From contig NMRA01000065.1 in NCBI GenBank assembly GCA_002633005.1, positions 611,066-675,065 on the forward strand: DNA of 64,000 bases, in the 5' to 3' direction. Below are positions 12,181 to 24,842 of the stretch, one piece after another. Made by a program: the position numbers and the translations under genes. Position 1 is the first letter of the stretch; every line of letters starts with the position of its first letter. The DNA comes from Phoronis australis. Taxonomy: Eukaryota > Animalia > Phoronida. The notes under the pieces were generated by a model. It saw only the letters and a program-made list of their open reading frames with translations. It did not search any database and was not told the DNA's origin.

Positions 12181-14647
12181 TTCACATTGCTGTGTGAGTA
12201 TGCAATGAGGTGTAATCACTCATTTAAGCATGGCTGATTTGAAACTTTGGCAGGAGATAATGCGAGAATGTTCTCTTCCCCCTAATTAAGCTGAATCAAA
12301 GACATTACAGTATCGACATTTGCAAAATACCAAAGGTCCACGGTTCTTGAAATTCGAACCACCCCCCCGCTCAATGTTGGCTACGGGTCTTAATAGGATG
12401 CATTTGAGTAGAGAGATAAGGGCGTCTAATAAAAAGTCGCCCCTGCATCGACCAAACCCCTGCATGCTACTGTCCCACCGCTAAAAATGTCTGTAAAGTA
12501 CTTTTTATTGCATGCAGAATGTTGCTCAACATTATGCAAATGGTTTCAAAGGGTTACCTGGCGGGTAAATCTGGTCGAACTCAGATATTTGCTCGTGTGT
12601 GGCATTGCTAGTCCACAACTGGACTTGTCTTGCAGTGTTTATTAATGATACCTGGGCTTACGTAGAATATTTTGCAACTGGTTCCATGCGGTTACCTCTT
12701 GGATTGATTTACCTTAAATTTTTGCGCTTCTGTAGTCGTCTGGCAGGGACACCCCACCGCTGAAATTGTCTGACATCTTACTGCGATATGCAGTGATGCT
12801 GCGCATCGTGCACTTTAATTTCAAACGGTTACTTCGTGGTTTGATCTAGCTCAACTAAGGTCTTCGGGCGTGTCTGGCGGGGCTAACCCACCATTAGATT
12901 TGTCTGTCAGTGTTTATTCGTGATACCTGGGCTTACGGTGAATATTTTGGAAATGGTTTTAAGCAGTTACCTCTTGGGTGGATCTAGCTCAATTTTTAAC
13001 CCTTTTTGATAATTGTCTGGCAGGGGCACCCCACCACTGAACTTGTCTGGCAACTAACTGTTGTGCCATGTACAGTGATGCTGAACATTGTGCAATTGGT
13101 TTCAAACGGTTATCTGATGGATTGATCTAGCTCAACTTGGGTATTTGGGCGTGTCTGGCGGGGCTAATCCACCACTAGATTTGTCTGGCAGTGTTCATTC
13201 GTGATACCTGGACTCACGGTGAATATTTTGCAACTGGTTTCACGCGGTTACCTCTTGGATTGATCTAGCTCAGTTTTTGACCTTGTTTGTAACCGTCTGG
13301 CTGATACTCCCCACCACTGAAATTGTCTGGCAGTGACCAATTTTGATACAGTGGATAACGTAGGAGGTATCCAAGGCAGTTTGAAGTGGTTACCAGAAAA
13401 GTTGATCCAGCTCAATTTTTGACTGTCATTCTCTTGGCTCCCCTAACCACACCCGCCAGAGCGAACCTGGCAGACCGCCATTTCCAAACGTGAGGATACC
13501 CATAGACCACTGTGGCACCAAAGTAAATTGGTTACCTTTTCATGCCCAAAAAAGCTCTGGGATTCCGGTCTATGAGCTGTGATCCCCGAGAGTTTGATTC
13601 GATCACTTTGTACGCAGGATACAACTATGGAAACATAATGGTAAAATCTCCAGTCTTCACTCTTTCTCGATGATTTTAAATTGCTACCAGTGCGACAGCG
13701 TGCCAATTAGAAAAAATCATAGCTAAATGTGTTCATTTTTGTGTTCACCGGTAATTTGACACTTGTCGATGTCAGTCAGCACTGAAAAGATTGGTAGTAA
13801 CGTTGTATGCTTCAAACAGTTTCCCAATCGGTGTGCTTCTAACCACCGTCCGAGTGCAGTTTAAGTTTGTTTTGAAATATTTCTTGCTAAGGCCAAATGC
13901 TACAGAACAATTACTGCCCGAAGGAAATGTGTGACTTTCATGTTAAAACACTCTTTTCATTGCATTTAATAAAACATTCATGAAACAAATTTTAAAGCAA
14001 GTTAGTTCAGTCGCAACGTAAGCCCAAATAATGGTCATTCAACTCAACTCTTAATATTTTCAAACTTAACTAAATTTAATATGAATTTTTAGTTTATTAT
14101 TTTTGTTCTTGGTAGGTGCACAACCACCTAAAATAGCCGCCGTAGTGAGTGACAGCTAACTCATACATTATGATTGCTCACTCGACTTCCGTGATATGCA
14201 ATGAAGTTTCTGCAAAAACCCCGGATACTTAAAAAAAAACGTTTTGAAACTTAAAAGTAAAATAAGGGTAGAAAGCTACGAAATTTTTACATTTTAGTAT
14301 TTTTTGAACAACGAAACGTAACTTGTGTTCTACTGCAACAGTATTTTGAACTCGTGTCAGAAATACACGAGGTCACGGTTTCATCCACCATCTTGAATAT
14401 CTAATTTAGTAGAGTAAATAAGCTTCATAAGCTTCCGTATTGTACGGGAGAATAAGGCCTGTTAAACCAACAAATTTTTCAATATATTTACTGGATTGCC
14501 ACAAGGTTGCAATTGCGCCATTCCCAATATATTCAGGATTGTCGCAAAGCCATGTTCACATCCGCCGTCCAGCAGGACCTCCCACTCCCATTTACAGTCA
14601 CTGGCTTGACGATATTGCTTCGTAGACCAAAAAAAAAAATCTTTCAG

Positions 14648-14802
14648 ATTTGGACGGAAAAGAACGATGGTTGGTTTCCTGTTAATGCAGTGCTTGTCCG
14701 GTGTGCTCACTGCTGTGTCTGTTAGTCCCACTATGCTAATCATTTCCTACGCCCTATTGGGTGGCGCTTCCATGGGTAAATACACAACCGCCTTCGTTCT
14801 AG
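14648..14802 (+). CDS. SLC22 exon 3
   Basis: tttcag|(R)FGRKRTM...TTAFVL G|gtaagt; 155 nt. Completes the MFS motif SDRFGRK. Confidence 0.95.
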
Positions 14803-16498
14803 GTAAGTCGGTACATCTAACTTTTATGTAACTACATTATAACCTTGGTCAAAGTCAGAGTACTTGGATAGAAATTTTACCTTGCCGTGCATGTGTGAAC
14901 GCTAGCATAGTTTATTAGTCGCTTTAGCTCTTTCTGTTACTACTAAATTAATATCGATTGCGTAAAGCTACATTTCGTCCTGTTTAGCTGTCTAAACACG
15001 CAAAATTAGACTTTTTACTCTCATAAGATCGGTCTCGCCCAATTCCTTACCTTGATAAGATCCTATTTTCGTTACCAATAACAACATCGAAAGTACCAGC
15101 CACTCACGAAAACGCTTCAGAGCATATTAGGGTTGGCCATCCGAAAATGCAAATTCGAAATGGCGCTTGTAAGCATTACCCGTGACTTTCGTTTGTAACG
15201 GAGATGGAACACTTTCACTGTGGAGAGGTAATAACAGACGGATTTTATTACAGTAAAAGGCCCAATTTGATTGTCGCTTATCCTAGCTAACCAGGGCGAA
15301 TTGCAGCTTTAACCACAAAATATGTGTAATAAGTAGGCCTAGAAAAGTACCTCAATACGCATCACCCAGGGCATCGGGAGGTAAGAATTGTCAAAATCAA
15401 TCGCACGTGAAATGTTACCCAGACAGTAAGTGGAAAAAACACAAATTTGGGTCATTACCATATTGATCAGCGAAGCAGGAATGACGTTACAGGGCGCCCT
15501 ACATTGGCCGACTCCTGTATTGCACAAGTCTGCGAAAATATACAAAGACTAATCAGAATCAGAAACATCTCATTGGTTAATGTTAATGACCAATCGTTAC
15601 TTCAGTTATTATTCATTCACAAAAAGCTGAGTACGATCTCCTCATTTGCCTACATGTATGAGGTAGAATACCAAAGCCTGTCACGTGCCAATTTCACTAA
15701 AATTCAATATTGTTCTGTGACTCCGTATTCTGAAACTTTGTTCCAGGTCTGAGCTTTTTCAGTTGCGCTACTTAAATCACCCTGTTGTGGAGCCCTGACA
15801 ATGCAATGGGGGACGCTTCTTGTACGAAGATCCTAAATTAGTCTTAATTAACATGAGCAGCAGCTGTCTTCAACACCTCTTTTGGCACTTTTCAGGTCCA
15901 CAAATTCTTTTGTGCAGGCTATATGACGCTTATTAGCCGCTTGATCATTGTCCGTATTGTCACGCATTGGTGCCATAAGTTAGGTCATCTCCCGCCTCTC
16001 ACAGGCTGATGATTGTTACGAGTCTAGTACACGTATTACATGTATAAGTATTGTCTTTGTATCCGCACGTGATTCAGTTGAATTTCCTCATGTCAGCTAC
16101 ACAGACGAAGGCGTGCAAACATTCTTCCATTTTACCCGTCTAGTACATTCTCCCACTTTTGGCACCTTACCCTAACTCTGTGTTGAGCTTTTTATTGACC
16201 ATCTTACTTGAGATTATATTTTCTACATATTGTATTTAATTATCATCCTTATTTTCTGTGTTTGTTTTGTGTCACAATAAATGACCTTATTTTGACAACC
16301 CGTGTCTCCAGTTCATCTCTAATAACGAGCCCATGACGCACGTATCTTATACCTTTGGTATGTGTGTCGATCATAAATGATACTCCATAATGAGGTTCTT
16401 CCAGTACTGGGGGCCTAAACTGAAGCTTACTTTTCATTGGTTTCGCGGTGAATCAGATTTTTGTTTTCGAATTACAGCAGTCCTTTTTCGTGTTTCAG

Positions 16499-16670
16499 GC
16501 CTAGAACTTGTTGGCGTGCAGTACAGATCGGTGGCAGGTCTCGGAATAAACACTGCGTATAGCATCGGATATCTGGTAGTGGCCTTGGTAGCATATTTCG
16601 TCAGGGATTGGGTAACTTTGCAACTGTCGCTCCATCTTCCGATTATAGCATTCGTCGCTCTTAGTGCATG
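16499..16670 (+). CDS. SLC22 exon 4
   Basis: tttcag|(G)LELVGVQYRS...YFVRDWVTLQL...SA TG|gtttgt; phases match both neighbours. Confidence 0.92.
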
Positions 16671-17466
16671 GTTTGTGAAAAATTTTGTTTATGCATGCAT
16701 AGATTGTAGTACGCCATTGATCACCAAAGCTGTACACTGTACGTCGCCACCTGCACTCTTTCACAGTGCTACACTTTTCAGTATAAGTGGCGCTGCGTAA
16801 GAGGGTAGTCGCCACCCAAGTAACCATAAGCCGAGTTGTGCAGGGAAGAGAGTGGGTAGTAATCTGGGAAATACGTAGGGAAATATCAGAGTCGCAAGTC
16901 TGTTGCCTATGACCAATAACACATGCAGAAGACATCCAATTTTGAATGGAATTTCTTCTCCAACATATTTAATGCAGGATTGTTCAGGACAGTAGAAGTC
17001 TAGCACTTTAGTTGGGTCGTCAGTTCTGGTGCTGGGTCATCAACTCACAGCACAACATATTTTTTTAAAACCGGACATGAATAGTGTCTTAGGACATGCA
17101 TACACAGAGATATTGCACACACCCTGCCGTATACTAAATCCTATTGCACACAGCACGCCGTATATTGAATCCTATTGCCTTGGATACATTTTTAGAGACT
17201 TTTAAAGGCTCTAAAAATGCGCAGAGCTTGTCGTCACATTTTCACTTGAAATTCATTGATTATCTGACTGAAATTGACGATTTTGACTATACAAAACTAC
17301 TGGCGTTTGCGGAATTGAAGACACTTGAAAGCGACTAAAATACAGTGCACGATCAGTGGTTAGTACACGTTAACCATAATTATAGAGAATCGCACGAATG
17401 GAGACTGCAAAAATGTAACGAGAAATAGTGATATTTTTTTTTGAAGTAAACGTGATCTTGTGCTAG

Positions 17467-17620
17467 GTTGACGCCAGAATCGCCAAGGTGGCTCCTTCAA
17501 CGTCACCGTGTTGACGACGCAGTCGTGGTATTGAAAAGAATTGCCCGGGTGAACGGTCTGGAATGGAACGCGGAAATGGACCCAGCGATGGTCACGTGCG
17601 ATCAAGAGGAAAAGCAAATT
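17467..17620 (+). CDS. SLC22 exon 5
   Basis: ctag|(W)LTPESPRWLL...KRIARVNG...KQI|gtgagt; carries the PESPRWL signature. Confidence 0.95.
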
Positions 17621-18371
17621 GTGAGTTAAACAGATTCATTTTCAAAGCCAAAAATAGACCGGACACTTCGAAGTATTAACCGGTAGTTTCTTCTACTGCT
17701 GTAAGCTATAAAACATAACAAACAATAACGTTCCTATTTCAACGAACATCTTCACTAATGTGGTGTTCGCACTAAAACGGTTAAACTAAATGCGGTTTAA
17801 GGTTATAACTCTCAGAGTAAACAGCTTAAAATTCGTCATAACTAGACCAATTACCACTCTGAGAGTGGCTTAACAGGTAGCGTTTTTCCGTAACTCGGAC
17901 GTCGAGTCGGCACAGTTGTGCAAATGACACCGCATGGCGCCTACTTAAGCTATTAAAACCACGATATTCCCTCAATTTCCAGCACATTTGCAGAATTTGC
18001 TTACTAACTAATGATATATTTTTCCATCACTTCGTCTTGATTGAAAACTCTTTTTACTCACCACCGTACCTAATGTGTAAAAACTGATCCCTTATTTCAA
18101 AGAAAATAAATAATTATTATGTCCAAGTACTTGAATAGGGGACGCTGCTTGAGAACGTCCCTGCATACTTTCAATAATCCAACGTAGAGTTTACACTCGT
18201 TGTGTCCCAAAGCTAAAACATAACGCAGACGCTGCAACAAAGATACACACGAAAAGACACACAGTGTTCGTAAATATGCACTGAAAATTAAGGGAACATT
18301 GCTGAGCATGGGGGATGTTTCATGAGACTGGCCACTGGTCTCTTTCAATTGCTCGTCTTACGTTGTTTCAG

Positions 18372-18454
18372 GTCAATCGAACTACCACCCTAATTATTTC
18401 TCTATTGAAGTCGAGAACCATGATTCTTTTCACCGTCGTCAACGCGATGATGTG
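18372..18454 (+). CDS. SLC22 exon 6
   Basis: tttcag|VNRTTTLIISLLKSRTMILFTVVNAMM TG|gtatgt; phase 0 in, phase 2 out. Confidence 0.88.
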
Positions 18455-19721
18455 GTATGTAGTCAGTGTGTTAGGATTCTATTTCTCCGAAGTGGCCAGG
18501 GGCACGAAAAAAGTTGTGCACGCAAGCGCGGAGTTGGCTAGGGACAGAAAAAATTGCGTCCCTAAAGGTGGAGGTGGTTAGAAAAATGAAACGAGTTTCG
18601 GTTCAGTTCCGTAACGTCACAGCATGACGCTTAGTAAAGCAAGTATTTTTTATGATAGTGACATGTGTTCAAATGGATTTAAACAATAAATAGTTAACAG
18701 AACAGGAACACCCAGCCCCCACGGGGCTTATAAGTCACTTAACTTTAGATACATGAAAAAACAAAAAACAAGTGTACACTCATTGCACGCGGACCAAAAA
18801 GAGAACACAGAGATAAGAACGATCATATATAAATAAACTTTTTCCGTACCTCAAAAATATTTTTAGTGAAGACAGCAGTTCTCCTAATAACATCGTTTTG
18901 CATATTGTAATTAATTTACTTTCACAGCTCTCTGCACGAAATCGTGGATATATAATCTCAACTTGAGAGTAAAAGGTGTTTTTGGCATCCAAGAAAAACG
19001 GACACTCAAAATAATAGAAAATGTTCTTCAGTTTCGACCTGACCAGTGAGACAAAGAAAGCAAATTCCGCACATTGTGACAATTTTGGGCGTTTTGGAAA
19101 GTTGGGCCTGCACACAGCCCGCCTTTCCTATTTAGAAATCCCCCTCTAAGGCGAAGTCTGCTCTTGGAGGGGCATCCTATAACAATTGCAATATTAGAAA
19201 CTGGTGATTCAGTGAACTTCGATGCAGGCTGAAGTTCGAGAAAATCTTTATCATCCTACCCTAAACAACAACGTTCACGGAGTGGTTTTTGCCAGTCTGC
19301 AATAGCCCTCTAAGAAATTGGTGTTTCCAATTTTCTTTCTGCGGGCGTCGTCTTCCTATAGCCAAGTCTACGCTTGGGCGCAATTAAACCTTCAGTCGGG
19401 AACGCTCTCCAGTCATTCCCGCAGTTCGACGGTTTCCCATGCCAAATCCACGCTCCGGCACGAGTGTCCCCAGCTCACGCTTGCGGACACAGAATTTCCC
19501 CCTGTCCTAACCTCGGCCTTATTTCTCACATATCAAACGATAAAGTTTCAACTGGTCTATTGTGCATGGGATATCGGATAAAATATGACATCATAAATCC
19601 ATCTAACCACAAGGAACCTTGCTAAAATCTAAAATCCAAGTAAATTATGGGTCGCCGCCTTCGGTTGTTGTTACAAAGGTTACCGTATACGTGTCTTATC
19701 ATTTCCCGATTGAAATTCTAG

Positions 19722-19939
19722 GTTTTGCGCCACTCTGCTGTTTAACGGCCTCTCATACAACACTTCTAACTTGGCCGGTGACCCGTACTCCAACTTCGCC
19801 ATATCCGGGGCGGTAGAGATCCCAGCCTTACTGTGCACGTATGTCTTGCTGAAAAGTCGACTGGGCAGACGTGGGACAACTCTCCTTACGCTGATGACGT
19901 CAGCTGCGTTCCTGTTAACCACAATGCCCGTTACAGAAG
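19722..19939 (+). CDS. SLC22 exon 7
   Basis: ctag|(W)FCATLLFNGLSYNTSNLAGDPYSNFAISGAVEIPA...RLGRR...TE G|gtattg. Confidence 0.92.
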
Positions 19940-19974
19940 GTATTGATAACGGTGGCGGTTGCAGGACATGAGTT

Positions 19975-20145
19975 GGCTGTGGTTTTGTGGTGATTGTGAT
20001 CACGGTGGCAGTGGTACCGGCGTTTATAGTAGAGGTGGTGGTGATTGTGGTGGTGATGGTGGTGACTGTCATACTGGCAGTGGTGGTGGCGGTGTAACGT
20101 GGTGGTAGTGTGGTTGTGGTAGTTGCCCCGGCTGATGACGTGGTG
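19975..20145. repeat. Degenerate (GTG)n low-complexity repeat at the start of SLC22 intron 7
   Basis: gtggtgattgtggtggtgatggtggtg... Confidence 0.8.
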
Positions 20146-20670
20146 TTTTTCGCCATGGTCAATTTCGTGGCTTTAGTCGCTGTGTTATAAACTGAGTACC
20201 GGCAAAAAAAAACTACTCGCAGTTTCTGACACATTGAATCAAGAATTTTTGGAATGCGAGGCCATCCTTCAACCGCCTGCTCTGTTTGCCTTGATTACTC
20301 ATAATGTTTAATTATACTTCATTGCCCGCGCGTTTGCATGAAACAGTTCCAGATAGGGACTCGCCCAAGTTCCCTAAATCTACTGAGTGTTTGTGTCGTG
20401 TTTGTGACAAGATCCGTACTTATTTCCAATAATACTAAAAATTCGGCATAGAGTTCATTCTCGATTTCTATCAAAGAAAAAATGACTTAGTAATGAAAAA
20501 GCGTAAGAAAGGACAATCACTGTTTTCACAAGTCCACAAACACGCAGTAGATTTAGTGAGCTTAGATGAGTCCCTATTTTGGGACTGTTTCATACAACCA
20601 GGCACAGGACCGTAACATAAAGGTGATGATCTCACAAAAACGTAAGAATACATGCGCACACCTAAAAAAT

Positions 20671-20908
20671 GGGATGCTCGAGTTTTTGAGAATGTGGACC
20701 TTTTACTAAGTTTCGCAGGTACGTTCAGAACTTTGAATTGTGCATTCACCGAATGTTGGTCGTCGCTGCCTTTTTAGTGGACATTTGACTCGTTTTCTAC
20801 TTTTTTCGGATTTTTTGTTTCTCTTGAGGCCGACCTTTTTGACCACTTCGCCATATGGGGGGAGGGAGACTCGTTTGAGTCCCCCGAGCACCCCCGGGTG
20901 CGCCCATG
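20671..20908. mobile_element. MITE family with CATGCGCGCACCC-type TIRs; relatives at about 7088-7200, 38577-38735, 52190-52355 and 58146-58422
   Basis: Ends catgcgcacacc...gggtgcgcccatg. Shared interior tttttagtggac...acttcgcc..atgggggg. Confidence 0.7.
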
Positions 20909-21072
20909 TATTAGGCAAGACTTTGAGCGATATCGCCATGTATTACAACCTAAGCACGTGGTCACACTAGCTTCCTTAGTTAGATTCGTAATTGTCTGCA
21001 AAACCTTAAACTGTTCAGTTTTTGGTTAGTGTGTTGTGCTCTGACGCACGTATGTACTTTTCATACTTTCAG

Positions 21073-21254
21073 AGTTTGGCTGGATAGTAACATCATTAGC
21101 AATGTGTGGAAAATTAACCAGTACCTCTTACTTTGCCACTATTTACTTCTACACACCGGAAATGTATCCGACCTCCTTCAGGTCAGTTGCCATGAGTACG
21201 GCTTCGTCTGTTGGCAGACTTGGTACCATTGTTGCACCATACATAGTTATCACG
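21073..21254 (+). CDS. SLC22 exon 8
   Basis: tttcag|(E)FGWIVTSLAMCGK...YTPEMYPTSFRS...VGRLGTIVAPYIVIT|gtaaga; ExYPT motif. Confidence 0.95.
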
Positions 21255-21746
21255 GTAAGAAATGTACTCAGTCGTATCTTTTTACCGAGTTTCTTCGAAA
21301 GAAAGGTGAGGGCCCTATTTTGACCAGGTTTAAAAGTCTTAGTGCACAGAAAGAAATGTCTCGGATATTTGCTCAGAGAAATGTGCTTCTCCTAAGCAGC
21401 ACATCCTACACATATTTTGATAGCATTCTACATTATTTTATCTGCATAATTTTTCGTCCTTTCATATAATGTTGCATAAACTCTGCCACACGTAAGCTTA
21501 AGATTTTGCGTTAATTGTAACGGTATTCGTGAAAAATACCTGACATCGTAATGGAAAAAACTGTTATCTATTAGTTCTGTTGCACTGCAAAAACATACAC
21601 ATTTCCAGTTCCGTGCTGTTTCTCATCGTCCAATGACAATTTAGGATAAGCAAACAAGAGTTTTGATCAGAAATCGGTCCTATGTATTGTACGTACCTCA
21701 CTGACCTGTCACTAAACTTCCTGTTCCCAATTTCCGTTTCCTACAG

Positions 21747-21907
21747 GGGCAGGTATACTTCCGGGAACTTCCGTTGATGATTTTCGGATTGGTGTCAATA
21801 GCTGTAGCCGGGGCAACATGTTTACTTCCTGAAACGGGACCCACTTCATTGCCAGATACTTTAGATGAATGCAAGAATCTTAAGAGGCACAGAATATCTT
21901 GCTGTCG
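21747..21907 (+). CDS. SLC22 exon 9
   Basis: ctacag|GQVYFRELPLMIFG...LLPETGPTSLPDTLDE...ISCC CG|gtaagc; LPET and LPDT motifs. Confidence 0.92.
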
Positions 21908-22376
21908 GTAAGCTAAATGAAATTGCTTTACTTAATCTATACGTGGGCAATAACTGACTTTTGCCATGTTGAAATTCACTTTCCCCAAGACGGCGATCAG
22001 GTCTCTCATCGAGAGGCGTTCAGTGTCACCTACTGATCCCATGGAGAGCGGATGGGAGGTTTCAACCTACTGGTAAAACAGCGTTTTAACACCTTTCCTA
22101 CGATCATAATGCTGGCAAATGTCCACTGCTGTACTAATGCCTTACGGAAAAAGGCAAACCTTTTGAAATATCATTGGATGAACAAGGACATCATATGTTT
22201 GCCACTGCAATGAAGAATCCGCGCCAAAGCCAGTGGCTGGGGCTGTTCAAGCGGGAAAATTTCGATCCCAGAGGGTATCAAAAACCGAAAATAAATTAGT
22301 GAACTTAAACTCGTAAAATGATGGGATTAGCTGACAGTGAAATTTGTTCCTTTGTTCTTGATATAATCAACCACTA

Positions 22377-22560
22377 CAGTGGCGGATATAGGATATCACA
22401 AGGGGGCCCAACATTTTGTCCGGCTGTAAGCATTTGCGCAAACCACGATTGTAGACGCGTATAGCACCGAATGGGGGGAGGTCGGGAGGGGGGTTTGCCC
22501 CCCCCGCCTAGGATAATTTTCTGTTTTTTCCTCTAAAAATCAAGCATTTTCCTTGATTCC
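22377..22560. mobile_element. CAGTGGCGGAT-type MITE family; inverted relative at about 36000-36112 and others at 33205-33478, 38520-38833, 47780-47974, 54058-54718 and 60483-60640
   Basis: cagtggcggatataggatatcacaaggggg... matches the reverse complement of ...cccttgtgatatcctagatccgccactg. Subterminal G/C runs are shared. Confidence 0.7.
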
Positions 22561-22611
22561 TGAAGTATTATCCAAGAAAAAAAGAAACACGGAGAACGCG
22601 TCAAACAGGAA

Positions 22612-22674
22612 AAACCGCACTCGAACTCACGACCTCGTGGATAGAGTGCTCTTGCTTTACCACTACACCACCAC
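22612..22674 (-). mobile_element. tRNA-derived (SINE-head-like) fragment
   Basis: Minus strand tggtgtagtggtaaagc...gaggtcgtgagttcgagt gives A-box and B-box-like motifs without an intact cloverleaf. Confidence 0.45.
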
Positions 22675-23685
22675 GATTTAACTACTAATCTTGTGCTAAG
22701 ATGTGGTCCACAGCGTTTGCGCGCGAAACCTATTACACGTTTTATATTTTGTGCAATCGGTTCTTAACAAATTTGTTGTATTTAAAATAGTCTTCAAATG
22801 CCCAAAAGACCAAATCCGTTTTTCGTGTTGGCAATAATGACGGCATTGCTTTGGAAATCGTCTTAGTTAAGGTTTGACAAAGAGAGAATTATGAGTTGCT
22901 GAGTTATTCACCAAGGCTTCGATTAAAATTCACATCTTACCAGCAGTTTCGTTTTTTTCATGATCGTCACTCCGAGGTTCCATTTTCTTTAAAAAACGAA
23001 GTAAATTTTCTTCATTGCACAATGCACAGGCGCTTGGGTTTATCTGTTCCTCGATCGCAAATGACGTCACTCAATAATATATATAAGAAAACATAAAGGT
23101 TGGACACTTAAACTTCGCCAAGCCGAGGCTCCCAACTTCAACCGTCCAAAATCCAAATAAAATCTGCGTGCACCTCCCTCAGTCTCGTGTTGCATAAACC
23201 TTCGAAGCCTTATCTTTCCTAGATTCCATTAACTGTCTTCGTGAATGGTGAATTGGCGATGGAATTTCTAAAACAATCTCAAAACTCTGAATTCAAGGAC
23301 CTGAAATAGCAAACTTGGCGGATTTCAGTTGTGCTTCAACTTGTACGCCTGTCGTAGGTGAAACTTCGAGTTTGAACAAGCAACCTATATTTCAAATTCA
23401 ATAATTCTAATCCGAAACTCAACTAATTGAGAATGTTAAAGTTAGTATTTTAATGATTATTTGTAACTTTATTCCACTGACGGCTCATTTTAGCCCTTAA
23501 CTTAGAATTTTATTACATAAACTGGCGTATCTTGTTTCTCATCTTGACATCACGCACTTTTTTGATTGAAGCACAACACACACTCGGCCAGGAAACGCAG
23601 TCCGTGCAAGTATTACAATGCGCGTGGCCGACGAGTTAACTCAATGGTTTTGGCCAAAAGTAAAACCTTCATAAGAAATCACAGT

Positions 23686-24370
23686 NNNNNNNNNNNNNNN
23701 NNNNNNNNNNNNNNNNNNNNNNNNNNNNNNNNNNNNNNNNNNNNNNNNNNNNNNNNNNNNNNNNNNNNNNNNNNNNNNNNNNNNNNNNNNNNNNNNNNNN
23801 NNNNNNNNNNNNNNNNNNNNNNNNNNNNNNNNNNNNNNNNNNNNNNNNNNNNNNNNNNNNNNNNNNNNNNNNNNNNNNNNNNNNNNNNNNNNNNNNNNNN
23901 NNNNNNNNNNNNNNNNNNNNNNNNNNNNNNNNNNNNNNNNNNNNNNNNNNNNNNNNNNNNNNNNNNNNNNNNNNNNNNNNNNNNNNNNNNNNNNNNNNNN
24001 NNNNNNNNNNNNNNNNNNNNNNNNNNNNNNNNNNNNNNNNNNNNNNNNNNNNNNNNNNNNNNNNNNNNNNNNNNNNNNNNNNNNNNNNNNNNNNNNNNNN
24101 NNNNNNNNNNNNNNNNNNNNNNNNNNNNNNNNNNNNNNNNNNNNNNNNNNNNNNNNNNNNNNNNNNNNNNNNNNNNNNNNNNNNNNNNNNNNNNNNNNNN
24201 NNNNNNNNNNNNNNNNNNNNNNNNNNNNNNNNNNNNNNNNNNNNNNNNNNNNNNNNNNNNNNNNNNNNNNNNNNNNNNNNNNNNNNNNNNNNNNNNNNNN
24301 NNNNNNNNNNNNNNNNNNNNNNNNNNNNNNNNNNNNNNNNNNNNNNNNNNNNNNNNNNNNNNNNNNNNNN
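23686..24370. other. Assembly gap (N run)
   Basis: Continuous Ns. Confidence 1.
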
Positions 24371-24747
24371 TCAACATTTCCCTACGCTCTTGCTGTTTTA
24401 TTTTTTTTTTGCGGCAGCCCTGCCCCCCCCCCCTAAATCCTAACTTCAAGGTCAGAATACGAACTACTCTCAAGTATACACCCCCGCATTTGGTAAACAT
24501 GCCGCCGTAATACGGTTATCCCCCAAGAGCCAAATGGTACTGAAGAGCGTTCTGTATAGTTTCTAGCGAGAAAAGCAAGATCTCGCAAGACTTCGCAATA
24601 TTACGCGAGTGTTTCTGATTTATGCTCGGTAGCTCACTGGGCTGTCCTATTCAAATGGAGGCCACTGATCATGAAGTGATTGGTCGGCGAGTGTGGAATT
24701 CTGAATAATGGAATTGTATAAATACACAAAACTTACTAAGAGTGGCG

Positions 24748-24842
24748 TACATGAAGTAATATCGCACGAGACATTATTCCGCGTATCGAGCGAGACCGAA
24801 GGAGTACGCGGAATAATGTCTCGTGGGATATTACTTCATGTA
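24748..24842. repeat. 38-bp-arm inverted repeat (1 mismatch, 19-nt loop)
   Basis: tacatgaagtaatatcgcacgagacattattccgcgta / tacgcggaataatgtctcgtgggatattacttcatgta. Confidence 0.9.

Larger units (their letters stand above)
7369..13572 (+). mobile_element. Academ DNA transposon (internally deleted, hosts nested elements) in SLC22 intron 2
   Basis: Termini TAGACCGG...CCGGTCTA with 3-bp TSD TGA (7366-7368 and 13573-13575). Long TIRs span about 7369-8050 and 12540-13572. Internal transposase remnant FFALNHPNYAR* and GAFSV..RTRKNFSRSAVDL at about 8480-8980. Confidence 0.88.

Noticed and set aside
19680-20234. Thr-rich mucin-like ORF on the minus strand
   Set aside because: It is produced by the (GTG)n repeat plus the antisense of SLC22 exon 7.
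22612-22674. Functional tRNA gene
   Set aside because: Only A/B-box remnants are present, with no intact acceptor or anticodon stems.
23566-24510. Long ORFs of 314 and 273 aa
   Set aside because: These are artefacts of translating through the N gap.
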